A DNA stretch of 27,614 nt from an uncultured bacterium. GTDB lineage: Bacteria; Bacillota_I; Bacilli_A; RF39; UBA660. The translations under genes were made by a program, and so were the position numbers. The stretch is taken from contig CASEDN010000132.1 in the NCBI GenBank assembly GCA_949286645.1, positions 1 through 27,614 of the forward strand, read 5' to 3'. Shown piece by piece: positions 8,899 to 17,838 of this stretch (its first letter is position 1; every line of letters starts with the position of its first letter). The notes under the pieces were generated by a model, which saw nothing but the letters and a program-made list of their open reading frames with translations, was not told the origin of the DNA and ran no database searches.

Positions 8899-9063
8899 AT
8901 GAGAATTGGTATGATAGTCTTATTTATGATTCTTTATATTGCTCTAATCGCTTTATTTATATTAGGTTATAAAAAGAAACAAAAGAAAGTATGGGTAACT
9001 AGTTTAGTACTATTTCTAATCGCTATAGTTACAACTATTATCATAACAAGCATCTATGCTTGA
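8899..9063 (+). CDS. Small two-TM membrane protein (54 aa), not in the ORF track
   Basis: MRIGMIVLFMILYIALIALFILGYKKKQKKVWVTSLVLFLIAIVTTIIITSIYA*. AGAAGGTG RBS; TTGTAT-16nt-TATAAT promoter with extended TG at 8846-8873. Confidence 0.75.
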   Translation: MRIGMIVLFMILYIALIALFILGYKKKQKKVWVTSLVLFLIAIVTTIIITSIYA

Positions 9064-9114
9064 TTTTTTTCTTGTTTTTTAGTATAATAAGCCTCACTAA
9101 AGGGGAGATGGAGA

Positions 9115-10089
9115 GTGGATTTAATAACTGAAGAAATAAAAGAATCTAAAAACTTTCAAATACTATCTAAAGTGTTTTCTTATCACTATACTAATAAAGA
9201 TAATATAGAACCTATTATTTTATATAATGAATTCAAAGAAGTATTAACAAATTTTATTGAAGAGATTATGAGATACTATCTAATAAAAATGGACTTTGCT
9301 GATTATAGAGGAAAAGATCCTAAAGTAAAAATAGTTGATTTTAACGGCAACACTAACGGAGATTATCATTATAATATGATTAGATTGGATGAAACTATAC
9401 CATGGAACATTTTTAAAGGAAATATTCTTGTCTTTTTTGATATTTGCCATGAGCTTATACATTTTAAATATGATACTGACTTAAATGCTGGAGTAATAAA
9501 TAAAAATATTGTAAGAGCTGCCAAAGAAACATTAATACGACATGAGGCTGAAACCACGGCACCTATTTTTAAATATGACTATTATAGTGATAATTATAAG
9601 TTTGATTCTGAAGAGAAACTAGCTAATATGGAAGGAGTAGATTTATTTAGAGAAATAATAAAATATATGAATATAACTCTAAATAAAGAAGATGACCTAA
9701 AACTACTTAATATTTCTACTAATAACAGACTTCAATATCACAATTATCTTCGTGATTTTAGAAGTAATATTAGATTTAATAATTTTTTCTGGGATTTTGA
9801 AGAAGCCTTTGATTTTTTAATCAGACAAAATCCAGGATGGTATAATCGTTTTCCACAATTACAAATAGAATATTATCAAGATGAAGAAGGTAAAGTTAGA
9901 AAAAGAACAATCGAAGAATTAAAAAAACTTTTAGAAACAGAAGAGGATGAAGATATCAAAGAATATATTCAAAGTCTTTTAGTACCTACTGATTATAAAA
10001 GACTAAGTGATGATGGATTTAAACAAAAAAAGCTGGGGTTAAAAATGCCTTATAATAAATATTACAAAATATCAAATGCTAATTTATAA
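9115..10089 (+). CDS. Hypothetical protein with an HExxH zinc-metallopeptidase motif
   Basis: CHELIH (His112-Glu113-His116) plus a downstream SEEKLAN that could supply the third ligand (Glu166/167). GTG start with an AAGGGGAG RBS. Confidence 0.65.
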   Translation: MDLITEEIKESKNFQILSKVFSYHYTNKDNIEPIILYNEFKEVLTNFIEEIMRYYLIKMDFADYRGKDPKVKIVDFNGNTNGDYHYNMIRLDETIPWNIFKGNILVFFDICHELIHFKYDTDLNAGVINKNIVRAAKETLIRHEAETTAPIFKYDYYSDNYKFDSEEKLANMEGVDLFREIIKYMNITLNKEDDLKLLNISTNNRLQYHNYLRDFRSNIRFNNFFWDFEEAFDFLIRQNPGWYNRFPQLQIEYYQDEEGKVRKRTIEELKKLLETEEDEDIKEYIQSLLVPTDYKRLSDDGFKQKKLGLKMPYNKYYKISNANL

Positions 10090-10175
10090 CCATCTTTTAT
10101 ATTAATATATTTTATTTGCCAATTATAATATTTTAATATATAATAATCAACATACTTATTAGGAGGTAGATTATA

Positions 10176-10673
10176 ATGGATATGACAGAAATTAGCTTGG
10201 AGATTCAGAGAAGTACATATAAAAAGTTTGCAATTTTATGTAATGTCTTAGAAGAGTTTTCCATTAATGATGATGTTAAAACAAGAGAAAATTTAATGGC
10301 TATAGCAAAATCTTTTAATATTGGACTGCCATTACCTAGTGGAAGATATGGAAATGTACTTGCTGTCGCATTAGAAATGCAATTTTATCAAGGAGCATTG
10401 TTTATGATTAAAAATGCTGATGAATTATAAATAGATTTGACGTGTATTTCTAGTGAATTTGGAGGAAATAATGCTTGGGATGCTCAACAAACTTTTGAAC
10501 TATCACAATTAGGATTTAACAAGACAAAAATAGCAGAAAATGATGAATTTTATAAAGAATACCCATGGCTTATTAAATCTAAAAATAGTAATATTGATGC
10601 AGCATTAGAAATATCTGATATATTACAAAATAAAACTAAATCTAAACAAATTAAGTGCAATGAAATTTATTAA
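10176..10673 (+). pseudogene. Hypothetical gene interrupted by one in-frame TAA (10428-10430)
   Basis: ORFs 10176..10430 and 10437..10673 are in the same frame, joined by TAA-ATA-GAT-TTG. The second part has no RBS. One promoter (TTGCCA-17-TATAAT, 10116-10144) and one AGGAGG RBS lie upstream of the first part. Confidence 0.7.
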
Positions 10674-10711
10674 TATTAATTTTCGTTATTATCATTGCAA
10701 TATATATGTTT

Positions 10712-10740
10712 AAAAAATACTGTCAAGAATAGTATTTTTT
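10712..10740. terminator. Intrinsic terminator upstream of pflB
   Basis: AAAAAATACT...AGTATTTTTT inverted repeat. Confidence 0.65.
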
Positions 10741-10794
10741 TTAATGAAATTATACATTTAATGGTATAATAAGAATGCAAGGAGGTATGAAAGA

Positions 10795-13026
10795 ATGAGA
10801 GAAGAATGGAAAGGCTTCAAAGAAGGAGCCTGGACTAAGGAAATAAATGTTAGTGATTTTATTAAAACTAACTATAAAGGATATGATGGAGATGAAAGTT
10901 TCCTAGAAGGTACTACAGAGAAAACAAATAGAGTTTGGGGAAAATGTAGTGACCTATTAAAAGAAGAATTAAAAAAACATGTACTTGATATTGATGTTGA
11001 CCATATGTCAGGGATTAATGCTTTTGAACCAGGTTATATCAGTAAAGATGATGATGTAATTGTAGGACTTCAAACAGATGCTCCACTAAAAAGAATAGTT
11101 AATCCTTATGGTGGAATTAGAATGGTTTATCAAGAATTAGATGCTTATGGATATAAATTAAATCCTGAAGTTGATAAATATTTTAATGAATACCGTAAAA
11201 CTCATAATCAAGGTGTTTTTGATGCTTATACTAATGAGATTAGAAAAGCAAGACATGTAGGTCTATTAACAGGACTACCGGATGCTTATGGTAGAGGTAG
11301 AATAATTGGTGACTATAGACGTGTCGCTTTATATGGTATTGACTATTTAATGGAACAAAAGAAAGATGAATGGGATAATAAACTATTAGGACCAATGACT
11401 AATGAATTAATCCAACTAAGAGAAGATGTTTCTATGCAATATCGTGCTTTAGATGAAATTAAGAAAATGGCTAAAGGTTATGGTTTTGATATTTCTAAAC
11501 CTGCTAGTAATGCTAAAGAAGCAGTACAATGGACTTATTTTGGTTATTTAGCATCTGTAAAAGAGAATAATGGTGCTGCTATGAGTTTAGGTAGAGTAGA
11601 TGCTTTCTTTGATATTTACTTTGAAAGAGATTTAAATGATGGAACTATAACTGAAAAAGAAATTCAAGAGATTATTGATCAGTTTGTTATTAAATTAAGA
11701 TTAGTTAGACACTTAAGAACACCTGATTATGATGAATTATTCTCAGGAGATCCAACTTGGGTAACTGCATCTATCGGTGGTGTTACTACTGAAGGAAAGA
11801 GCATGGTAACTAAGACAAGTTATCGTATCTTACATACACTAACTAACTTAGATACTGCACCAGAACCAAATATGACTGTATTATGGGCTGGGGGATTACC
11901 AGAAAACTTCAAGAAATATTGTGCTAAAATGAGTATTGAAACAGATGCTATCCAATATGAAAACGATGATGTAATGCGTCCAGTATATGGTGATGACTAT
12001 GCTATCGCTTGTTGTGTATCTGCAATGCGTGAAGGAAAAGATATGCAATTCTTTGGAGCACGTTGTAACCTTGCTAAAGCACTTCTATATGCTATTAACG
12101 GTGGTGTTGATGAAGTTAAAGGTGACCTAGTTGTTGAAGGATTCCCTAAGATGACTGATGAAGTACTTGATTATGATAAAGTAAAAGATGCATACTTTAA
12201 GATGATAGAAAAAGTTGCCGAAGTTTATTCTAATGCAATGAATGTTATTCACTATATGCATGATAAATATGCTTATGAAGCAGGACAAATGGCTTTACAT
12301 GATACTAATGTAAATCGTCTAATGGCTTATGGTGTTGCAGGACTATCAGTTGCAACAGACTCACTTTCTGCTATTAAGTATGCTAAAGTAAAACCTATTA
12401 GAAATGAAGAGGGTATTGCAATAGACTTTGAAGTAGAAGGAGACTATCCTAAATATGGTAATGATGATGATAGAGTAGATAATATCGCTAAAGAAATACT
12501 TGATAAGATGTATAAAGAATTATCTAAACATAAATGTTATCGTAACGCTACACCAACATTATCGGTATTAACAATCACATCAAACGTAGTTTATGGTAGT
12601 AAAACAGGTTCAACTCCAGATGGAAGAAAAGCAGGAGAAGCATTCGCTCCAGGAGCAAATCCAATGCATGGAAGAGATGCAAGTGGTGCTATCGCATCAT
12701 TAAACTCAGTTGCAAAACTTAACTATGCAGATTGTTGTCGTGATGGTATTTCTAATACCTTCTCAATTGTTCCATCATCATTAGGACATAATAAAGATGA
12801 ACAAATTGATAACTTAGTAAGTCTACTTGATGGTTACTTCGTTCAGGGAGCACATCACTTAAACGTTAATGTTTTACAAAGAGAAATGTTAATAGATGCT
12901 ATGAATAATCCAGATAAATATCCATTATTAACTATCAGAGTATCAGGTTATGCTGTTAGATTTAATCGTTTAACTAGAAAACAACAAGAAGAAGTTATTT
13001 CAAGAACTTTCCACGAGAAGATGTAA
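10795..13026 (+). CDS. pflB: Pyruvate formate-lyase (formate C-acetyltransferase)
   Basis: Active-site AIACCVS Cys-Cys pair, glycyl-radical motif TIRVSGY, and [17 protein letters not shown]. Confidence 0.98.
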   Translation: MREEWKGFKEGAWTKEINVSDFIKTNYKGYDGDESFLEGTTEKTNRVWGKCSDLLKEELKKHVLDIDVDHMSGINAFEPGYISKDDDVIVGLQTDAPLKRIVNPYGGIRMVYQELDAYGYKLNPEVDKYFNEYRKTHNQGVFDAYTNEIRKARHVGLLTGLPDAYGRGRIIGDYRRVALYGIDYLMEQKKDEWDNKLLGPMTNELIQLREDVSMQYRALDEIKKMAKGYGFDISKPASNAKEAVQWTYFGYLASVKENNGAAMSLGRVDAFFDIYFERDLNDGTITEKEIQEIIDQFVIKLRLVRHLRTPDYDELFSGDPTWVTASIGGVTTEGKSMVTKTSYRILHTLTNLDTAPEPNMTVLWAGGLPENFKKYCAKMSIETDAIQYENDDVMRPVYGDDYAIACCVSAMREGKDMQFFGARCNLAKALLYAINGGVDEVKGDLVVEGFPKMTDEVLDYDKVKDAYFKMIEKVAEVYSNAMNVIHYMHDKYAYEAGQMALHDTNVNRLMAYGVAGLSVATDSLSAIKYAKVKPIRNEEGIAIDFEVEGDYPKYGNDDDRVDNIAKEILDKMYKELSKHKCYRNATPTLSVLTITSNVVYGSKTGSTPDGRKAGEAFAPGANPMHGRDASGAIASLNSVAKLNYADCCRDGISNTFSIVPSSLGHNKDEQIDNLVSLLDGYFVQGAHHLNVNVLQREMLIDAMNNPDKYPLLTIRVSGYAVRFNRLTRKQQEEVISRTFHEKM

Positions 13027-13749
13027 ATGAAAGCAAGCGTAGATTCACTTGAAACATTTGGTCTTGTTGATGGACCAGGAATTAGAACCGTAGTATTTTT
13101 AGATGGTTGTACTCTAAGATGTAAATACTGTCATAACCCAGAAACTTGGGCTATGAATGAAGTAAACTATGATACTGATGAATTAGTTAAAAAAATTCTT
13201 CGTAACAAACCATACTTTAAAAGAAACAATGGTGGTGTAACTTTCTCTGGAGGAGAACCTCTTTTACAACTTAATTTCTTATTAGATATCTGTAAGAAAC
13301 TAAAAAAAGAAGGTATCCACATTGCCTTAGATACTGCAGGTGTTGGTATCGGTAAATATAAAGAAATATTAGAGTTAATAGATCTTGTTATTTTAGATAT
13401 TAAACACGTTACTAAAGAAGGTTATAAAGACTTAACAGGAAGAGATATGGAAGAGTCAGAAAAGTTTATCGAAGAGTTAAATAAGAGTGGTAAACCAGTC
13501 TGGATTAGACAAGTAATTGTTCCAGGTATTATGGATAATGATGAATATTTAGATGGTTTAGCAGAATATTTAAAGAAAATAAAAAATATTGAAAAAATAG
13601 AATTTCTACCATTCCATCACTTAGGTTTTGAAAAGTATCAAAAACTTAATATTCCTAATCCATTAAAAGATACACCTGAGATGGATGCTAGTAAATGCGA
13701 TGAACTATATAAAAAGTTTATGAAGAATTACGAGAAGTCTAGAAAATAG
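13027..13749 (+). CDS. pflA: Pyruvate formate-lyase activating enzyme (radical SAM)
   Basis: ETFGLVDGPGIR, CxxxCxxC (CTLRCKYCHNPETW) and GGVTFSGGEPL motifs; abuts pflB. Confidence 0.97.
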   Translation: MKASVDSLETFGLVDGPGIRTVVFLDGCTLRCKYCHNPETWAMNEVNYDTDELVKKILRNKPYFKRNNGGVTFSGGEPLLQLNFLLDICKKLKKEGIHIALDTAGVGIGKYKEILELIDLVILDIKHVTKEGYKDLTGRDMEESEKFIEELNKSGKPVWIRQVIVPGIMDNDEYLDGLAEYLKKIKNIEKIEFLPFHHLGFEKYQKLNIPNPLKDTPEMDASKCDELYKKFMKNYEKSRK

Positions 13750-13759
13750 GCTTCTTTTT
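13733..13759 (+). terminator. Terminator of pflBA
   Basis: AGAAGTCT-agaaaat-AGGCTTCT followed by T residues. Confidence 0.65.
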
Positions 13760-13775
13760 ATATACCAAGATATTT

Positions 13776-13831
13776 AAAAATCTTGATTCCGTGTAAAAAT
13801 GTACTAAAAAAAATCTTGATTTGGTGTAAAA
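13776..13831. repeat. Two 23-bp imperfect direct repeats, 33-bp period
   Basis: AAAAATCTTGATTccGTGTAAAA (13776-13798) and AAAAATCTTGATTtgGTGTAAAA (13809-13831). Confidence 0.85.
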
Positions 13832-13877
13832 GTTAAAAATTATATGATAGAATAATAAAAGAAAGTGAGAGTTGTTT

Positions 13878-14954
13878 ATGATAGAAAAATTAAAAGATAA
13901 ATATGTATTTTTTGATGTGGATGGAACTTTATCAGAATATAGATATAATAATAAATTATATAGTGGAGGTTGTCCTGAACTAGGTTGCCAAACTTTAGAA
14001 GATTTATTATTCTCTAATCTTTTCTCTAAAGCAAGGCCTTTAAAAACTATGCAAAAGATAGTTAGTAATCTAGATTCAAATAGAGTATTTGTATTAGGAA
14101 CAACAGTAACAAATAATGAAGTAGAACAAAAATATACTTGGTTAAAAGAAAATTATCCTAATATTAAACATGAAAATATCTGCTTTATCTCATCTACAAT
14201 GTTAAAGCCAGAAGTAATATTAGAATATTGTAAGCATCTAAATATTAATAAGGAAGATGCAGTTTTTGTAGATGATAGATTAGATGTTTTAAGAAAAGCA
14301 GAAGAGTTAGGAATAACAGCATATCATCCTAGTTCTTTTGTAGAAAAAAAATATATTATTAAGAAGTATATGAAAATAGGAATAGATATAGATGATACTT
14401 TAACAGATGTTAAAGATGAATTATACCAAGCAGCAGTAGATTATGCAAAAAGTTTAGGAAAGAAAATAGAAGAAGAAAATGATTTTGAGGATAAGAACAA
14501 CAATGGTAATAAATGGCAAGAAGTCTTTCACTTTAATTATCAAGAATTAAAATATTTTTTAAAAGACATACAAGAGGAAATTACAAATAAGGCATTGCCA
14601 AGAGAATATGTGGTAGATGTCATAAATAAGCTAAAAGAAGATGGTAATGAAATAATAATTATTACAGCAAGAGATTATGAATTTCATGATGACCCATATA
14701 AATATAGTAAAGATTGGTTAGATAAGAATAATATTTATTATGATAAATTAGTAGTAAATGCAAGAGACAAGAAAAAAGCATGTGTAGAAGAAAAAATAGA
14801 TTTATTTATTGATGATAGTAAAACTAACTGTTTAGCAGTTGCAAGTTCTGGCATAAATACAATAAGAGTATGCAATGAAGTAACTGATGCTGAAAATTGT
14901 TTTAATAACTGGCAAGATATATATAATTATATTAAATCAAACTATAATAGTTAG
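13878..14954 (+). CDS. Fusion of two HAD-superfamily phosphatase domains; the second is 5'(3')-deoxyribonucleotidase-like
   Basis: Domain 1: FFDVDGTL...FVDD. Domain 2 begins at the ATG at 14370: KIGIDIDDTLTD...IITAR...FIDD. ATG 13878 is preferred over the track's TTG 13872 on RBS spacing. Confidence 0.8.
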   Translation: MIEKLKDKYVFFDVDGTLSEYRYNNKLYSGGCPELGCQTLEDLLFSNLFSKARPLKTMQKIVSNLDSNRVFVLGTTVTNNEVEQKYTWLKENYPNIKHENICFISSTMLKPEVILEYCKHLNINKEDAVFVDDRLDVLRKAEELGITAYHPSSFVEKKYIIKKYMKIGIDIDDTLTDVKDELYQAAVDYAKSLGKKIEEENDFEDKNNNGNKWQEVFHFNYQELKYFLKDIQEEITNKALPREYVVDVINKLKEDGNEIIIITARDYEFHDDPYKYSKDWLDKNNIYYDKLVVNARDKKKACVEEKIDLFIDDSKTNCLAVASSGINTIRVCNEVTDAENCFNNWQDIYNYIKSNYNS

Positions 14955-14967
14955 AAAGGTTAATCTT

Positions 14968-15645
14968 ATGCAAGAGAAGTTTAAAAAGCTATATAAAGAA
15001 TATGACAAATTACAAAATGAGTATGGTGATAAAACCTTAGATTCTATCTATAATGGAGGAGAAGCTGATAATCCTGATATTCTTTTTGTTTTTATGAATC
15101 CAACAGGAAGAAATATTGCTAGTCCTAAAACTTGGAAAGGCTTAAAAGCTCCGTGGCTTGGTACTAAGAATATTTGGAAGCTATTTACTGCTATTAATCT
15201 TTTTGATAAAAGTCTATTAGATGAAATAAACGAAAAGAAACCTAAAGACTGGGACTATCTTTTTGCAAACAAAGTCTATGACGAGGTTAAAAGAAATACC
15301 TACTTTATAACAAACTTAGGTAAATGCACCCAAATAGATGCAAGGCCCCTAAAAGATGAAGTTTTAAGAAGTTATCTTGGACTTCTAGAACAAGAAATAG
15401 ATATCGTTAAACCTAAAATAATAATTACTTTTGGTAATCAAGTCTCATCAATTATCTTAAATAAGAAAATATCAGTAGGAGAGTGTAGAAAACAATACTT
15501 TGAAAAAGAAATAGGTAGTAATACTTATAAAATATTTCCAGTCTATTATCCAGTTGGTAATGGCACATTTAATATTGATAAAGCGATAGAAGACTTAAAA
15601 TATATTATAGAAAATTATGTTAAAGATACTGTTAAAACAAAATAG
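14968..15645 (+). CDS. Divergent uracil-DNA glycosylase superfamily protein
   Basis: ILFVFMNPTGRN, YFITNLGKC, EQEIDIVKPKIIITFG and IFPVYYP match the UDG-like motif layout. Start revised to ATG 14968, which has an AGAAAGGT RBS. Confidence 0.8.
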   Translation: MQEKFKKLYKEYDKLQNEYGDKTLDSIYNGGEADNPDILFVFMNPTGRNIASPKTWKGLKAPWLGTKNIWKLFTAINLFDKSLLDEINEKKPKDWDYLFANKVYDEVKRNTYFITNLGKCTQIDARPLKDEVLRSYLGLLEQEIDIVKPKIIITFGNQVSSIILNKKISVGECRKQYFEKEIGSNTYKIFPVYYPVGNGTFNIDKAIEDLKYIIENYVKDTVKTK

Positions 15646-15657
15646 TATCTTTTTATA

Positions 15658-15697
15658 TTGACAAACATATAATAACTGTGTATACTGTATATATACA
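15658..15697 (+). promoter_or_regulatory. Sigma-A promoter with an overlapping palindromic operator (likely GntR autoregulation)
   Basis: TTGACA(15658)-17nt-TATACT(15681); inverted repeat TGTATA-N7-TATACA at 15679-15697. Confidence 0.75.
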
Positions 15698-15710
15698 AAG
15701 AGGTGATTAA

Positions 15711-16091
15711 ATGCAGATAATTATCAGTAATAGTAGTGATATACCAATCTATCAGCAGATAGTTGATAACATTAAAAGGGAAATACTTAATGGTAATTTA
15801 GTAGGAGGAGAGACCTTACCTTCTATTAGAACTCTTGCTAAAGATCTTCGAATTAGTAATATTACCACTAAAAGAGCCTATGAAGAATTAGAAAAAGATG
15901 GTTTTATTGAAGCAGTCGCTACTAAGGGATACTTTGTTAAAAATAAAAGTGAGAACTATTTAAAAGAAGAAATATTAAAGAAAATAGAAGAAAATTTAGA
16001 AGAAGCTTTAACTATCGCAGATACATATCATATTAGTTATGAGGAAGTACTAGAGATATTTAATGCTTTGAAGGAGGATAATAATGGATAA
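15711..16091 (+). CDS. GntR-family (YtrA-like) transcriptional regulator
   Basis: PIYQQI...LPSIRTLAKDLRIS..TTKRAYEELE wHTH motif with a short C-terminus, upstream of an ABC transporter. Confidence 0.93.
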   Translation: MQIIISNSSDIPIYQQIVDNIKREILNGNLVGGETLPSIRTLAKDLRISNITTKRAYEELEKDGFIEAVATKGYFVKNKSENYLKEEILKKIEENLEEALTIADTYHISYEEVLEIFNALKEDNNG

Positions 16092-16932
16092 TGTAATTAA
16101 AGTTAATAATTTAACTAAAACTTATGATAACTTTAAATTAGATAATATTACTCTTGAAATAAAGAAAGGTAGTATCATTGGTCTAATAGGAGAAAATGGA
16201 GCAGGGAAGACAACTCTAATTAAACTACTATTAGGTTTAATTAAAAAAGATAAAGGAGACATTTTAATCTTTAATAAAATTTTAAATAATAAAGTAAAGG
16301 AAGATATTGGTGTAGTCTTAGATGATTCATTCTTTCCAGAAGTTATTAAAGTAAAAGATGTTAATTCGATTATGAAAAATATCTATAAAGCTTGGGATGA
16401 AAAATTGTTTTTTAAATATTTAAAAGACTTTTCTTTAAATGAAAATATGTTAATAAAAAACTTATCTAAAGGAATGAAAAAGAAACTAGAAATAATAACC
16501 GTTCTATCTCACCATCCTAAACTATTAATATTAGATGAACCAACTAGTGGATTAGATCCAGTTGTTAGAAAAGAAATATTAGATATATTTTTAGACTTTA
16601 TTGAAAATGGTGAGAACAGTATTTTATTCTCATCCCATATAACCAGTGATATTGAAACCATCGCTGACTATATAATCTTTATAGATAATGGCAAATTAGT
16701 CTTTGATAAAGAAAAAGATGACATCTTAGATAATTATGGAATAGTTAAATGTAATTATAATGACTTTAAGAAGATTTCTAAAGATAATATAATATCTTAT
16801 CGTAAAAATAAATATAACTATGAAGTATTAGTTAATGATAGAAAAAATATTAAGAAAAATAATTCTAACTTAGTTGTTGATAAAGCAACATTAGAAGATA
16901 TTATGTTATTAATAGTGAAAGGAGAAAAATAA
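16084..16932 (+). CDS. ABC transporter ATP-binding protein (YtrB-like)
   Basis: Walker A GENGAGKTT, signature LSKGMKKK, LDEPTSGLD and SSH motifs. Confidence 0.93.
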   Translation: MDNVIKVNNLTKTYDNFKLDNITLEIKKGSIIGLIGENGAGKTTLIKLLLGLIKKDKGDILIFNKILNNKVKEDIGVVLDDSFFPEVIKVKDVNSIMKNIYKAWDEKLFFKYLKDFSLNENMLIKNLSKGMKKKLEIITVLSHHPKLLILDEPTSGLDPVVRKEILDIFLDFIENGENSILFSSHITSDIETIADYIIFIDNGKLVFDKEKDDILDNYGIVKCNYNDFKKISKDNIISYRKNKYNYEVLVNDRKNIKKNNSNLVVDKATLEDIMLLIVKGEK

Positions 16933-17585
16933 TGAAAGGTTTAATTATTAAAGATTTATGTGTAATTAAAAATCAGATGAAAACATTATTATTAGTACTA
17001 GCTTTCTTTATTATCTTTTCAATTATTAATGAAGATGCAACATTCATTCTTTTCTTAGTACCATTTTATATGATAATGATTCTTATAACTGCCTTTAGTT
17101 ATGATGAGTTTAATAAATGGGATTGTTACTGTAATAGTCTACCACTTAGTAGAAAAGAAATTGTTAAAGCTAAGTACTTATTATTTAATACTTCATCCCT
17201 TATTGTTTTAGTACTAGGAATACTAGCATCATTTATCATTCCAAACTTTGTAGGAAATACTACCTTTGAATCTATTTATGCAAGTATTATTGGTGTTGCC
17301 TTTGGTATATGTTTAGTAATATCTCTACTAATTCCGTTTTACTATAAATTTGGATCCCAAAAGGGAAGAATAATGCTATTCCTTACCATTACTATACTGG
17401 CATTAATAATAGGAATAATTACTAGTTTAGATATCTTTAACAATGTAGAGTTAATGAATATAATTAATAGTCTAAATAACTTAAGCTTAGGAATGTTTAC
17501 CTTACTTTTAATAATAGTAACAGTTATAATTATGACTATTTCATATTACATATCAGTTAGAATATATAATAATAAAGAATTATAA
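16932..17585 (+). CDS. ABC-2 type transporter permease
   Basis: MKGLIIKD start, SLPLSRKEIVKAKY motif, about six hydrophobic segments, translationally coupled to the ATPase. Confidence 0.88.
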   Translation: MKGLIIKDLCVIKNQMKTLLLVLAFFIIFSIINEDATFILFLVPFYMIMILITAFSYDEFNKWDCYCNSLPLSRKEIVKAKYLLFNTSSLIVLVLGILASFIIPNFVGNTTFESIYASIIGVAFGICLVISLLIPFYYKFGSQKGRIMLFLTITILALIIGIITSLDIFNNVELMNIINSLNNLSLGMFTLLLIIVTVIIMTISYYISVRIYNNKEL

Positions 17586-17588
17586 TAA

Positions 17589-17616
17589 AAAGGAAGTCTA
17601 TTACTAGATTTCCTTT
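17589..17616. terminator. Bidirectional terminator between the ABC operon and tRNA-Cys
   Basis: 12-bp stem AAAGGAAGTCTA-ttac-TAGATTTCCTTT. Confidence 0.8.
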
Positions 17617-17626
17617 AATTTCTAAT

Positions 17627-17700
17627 TGGAGGGCCTAGTCGGATTTGAACCAACGATCAGGGAGTTGCAGTCCCACGCCTTACCACTTGGCTATAGACCC
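17627..17700 (-). tRNA. tRNA-Cys (GCA)
   Basis: GGGTCTATAGCCAAGTGGTAAGGCGTGGGACTGCAACTCCCTGATCGTTGGTTCAAATCCGACTAGGCCCTCCA; cloverleaf, U73 discriminator, encoded CCA. Confidence 0.95.
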
Positions 17701-17838
17701 ATCTAATACATTATATTTCAAAGTTGCAAATATATTCTCTCATATATCTTTATATTTGTCAAATAATAAGTTTTTATGTAGCAAAAAAAATACTTGCCTA
17801 TTATTGGATTTATGATACAATATATATGTATTTGTTTT

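Noticed and set aside
9280-9557. Two short minus-strand ORFs (9280..9462 and 9369..9557)
   Set aside because: Antisense shadows inside the HExxH gene with no translation signals.
10674-10794. Looked for a ZTP (pfl) riboswitch or Rex operator upstream of pflB
   Set aside because: The region is short and AT-rich; neither the ZTP consensus nor TTGTGAA-N4-TTCACAA is present.
13776-13831. Direct repeat considered as a minimal CRISPR array
   Set aside because: Only two copies with a 10-nt spacer and no cas genes in the window.
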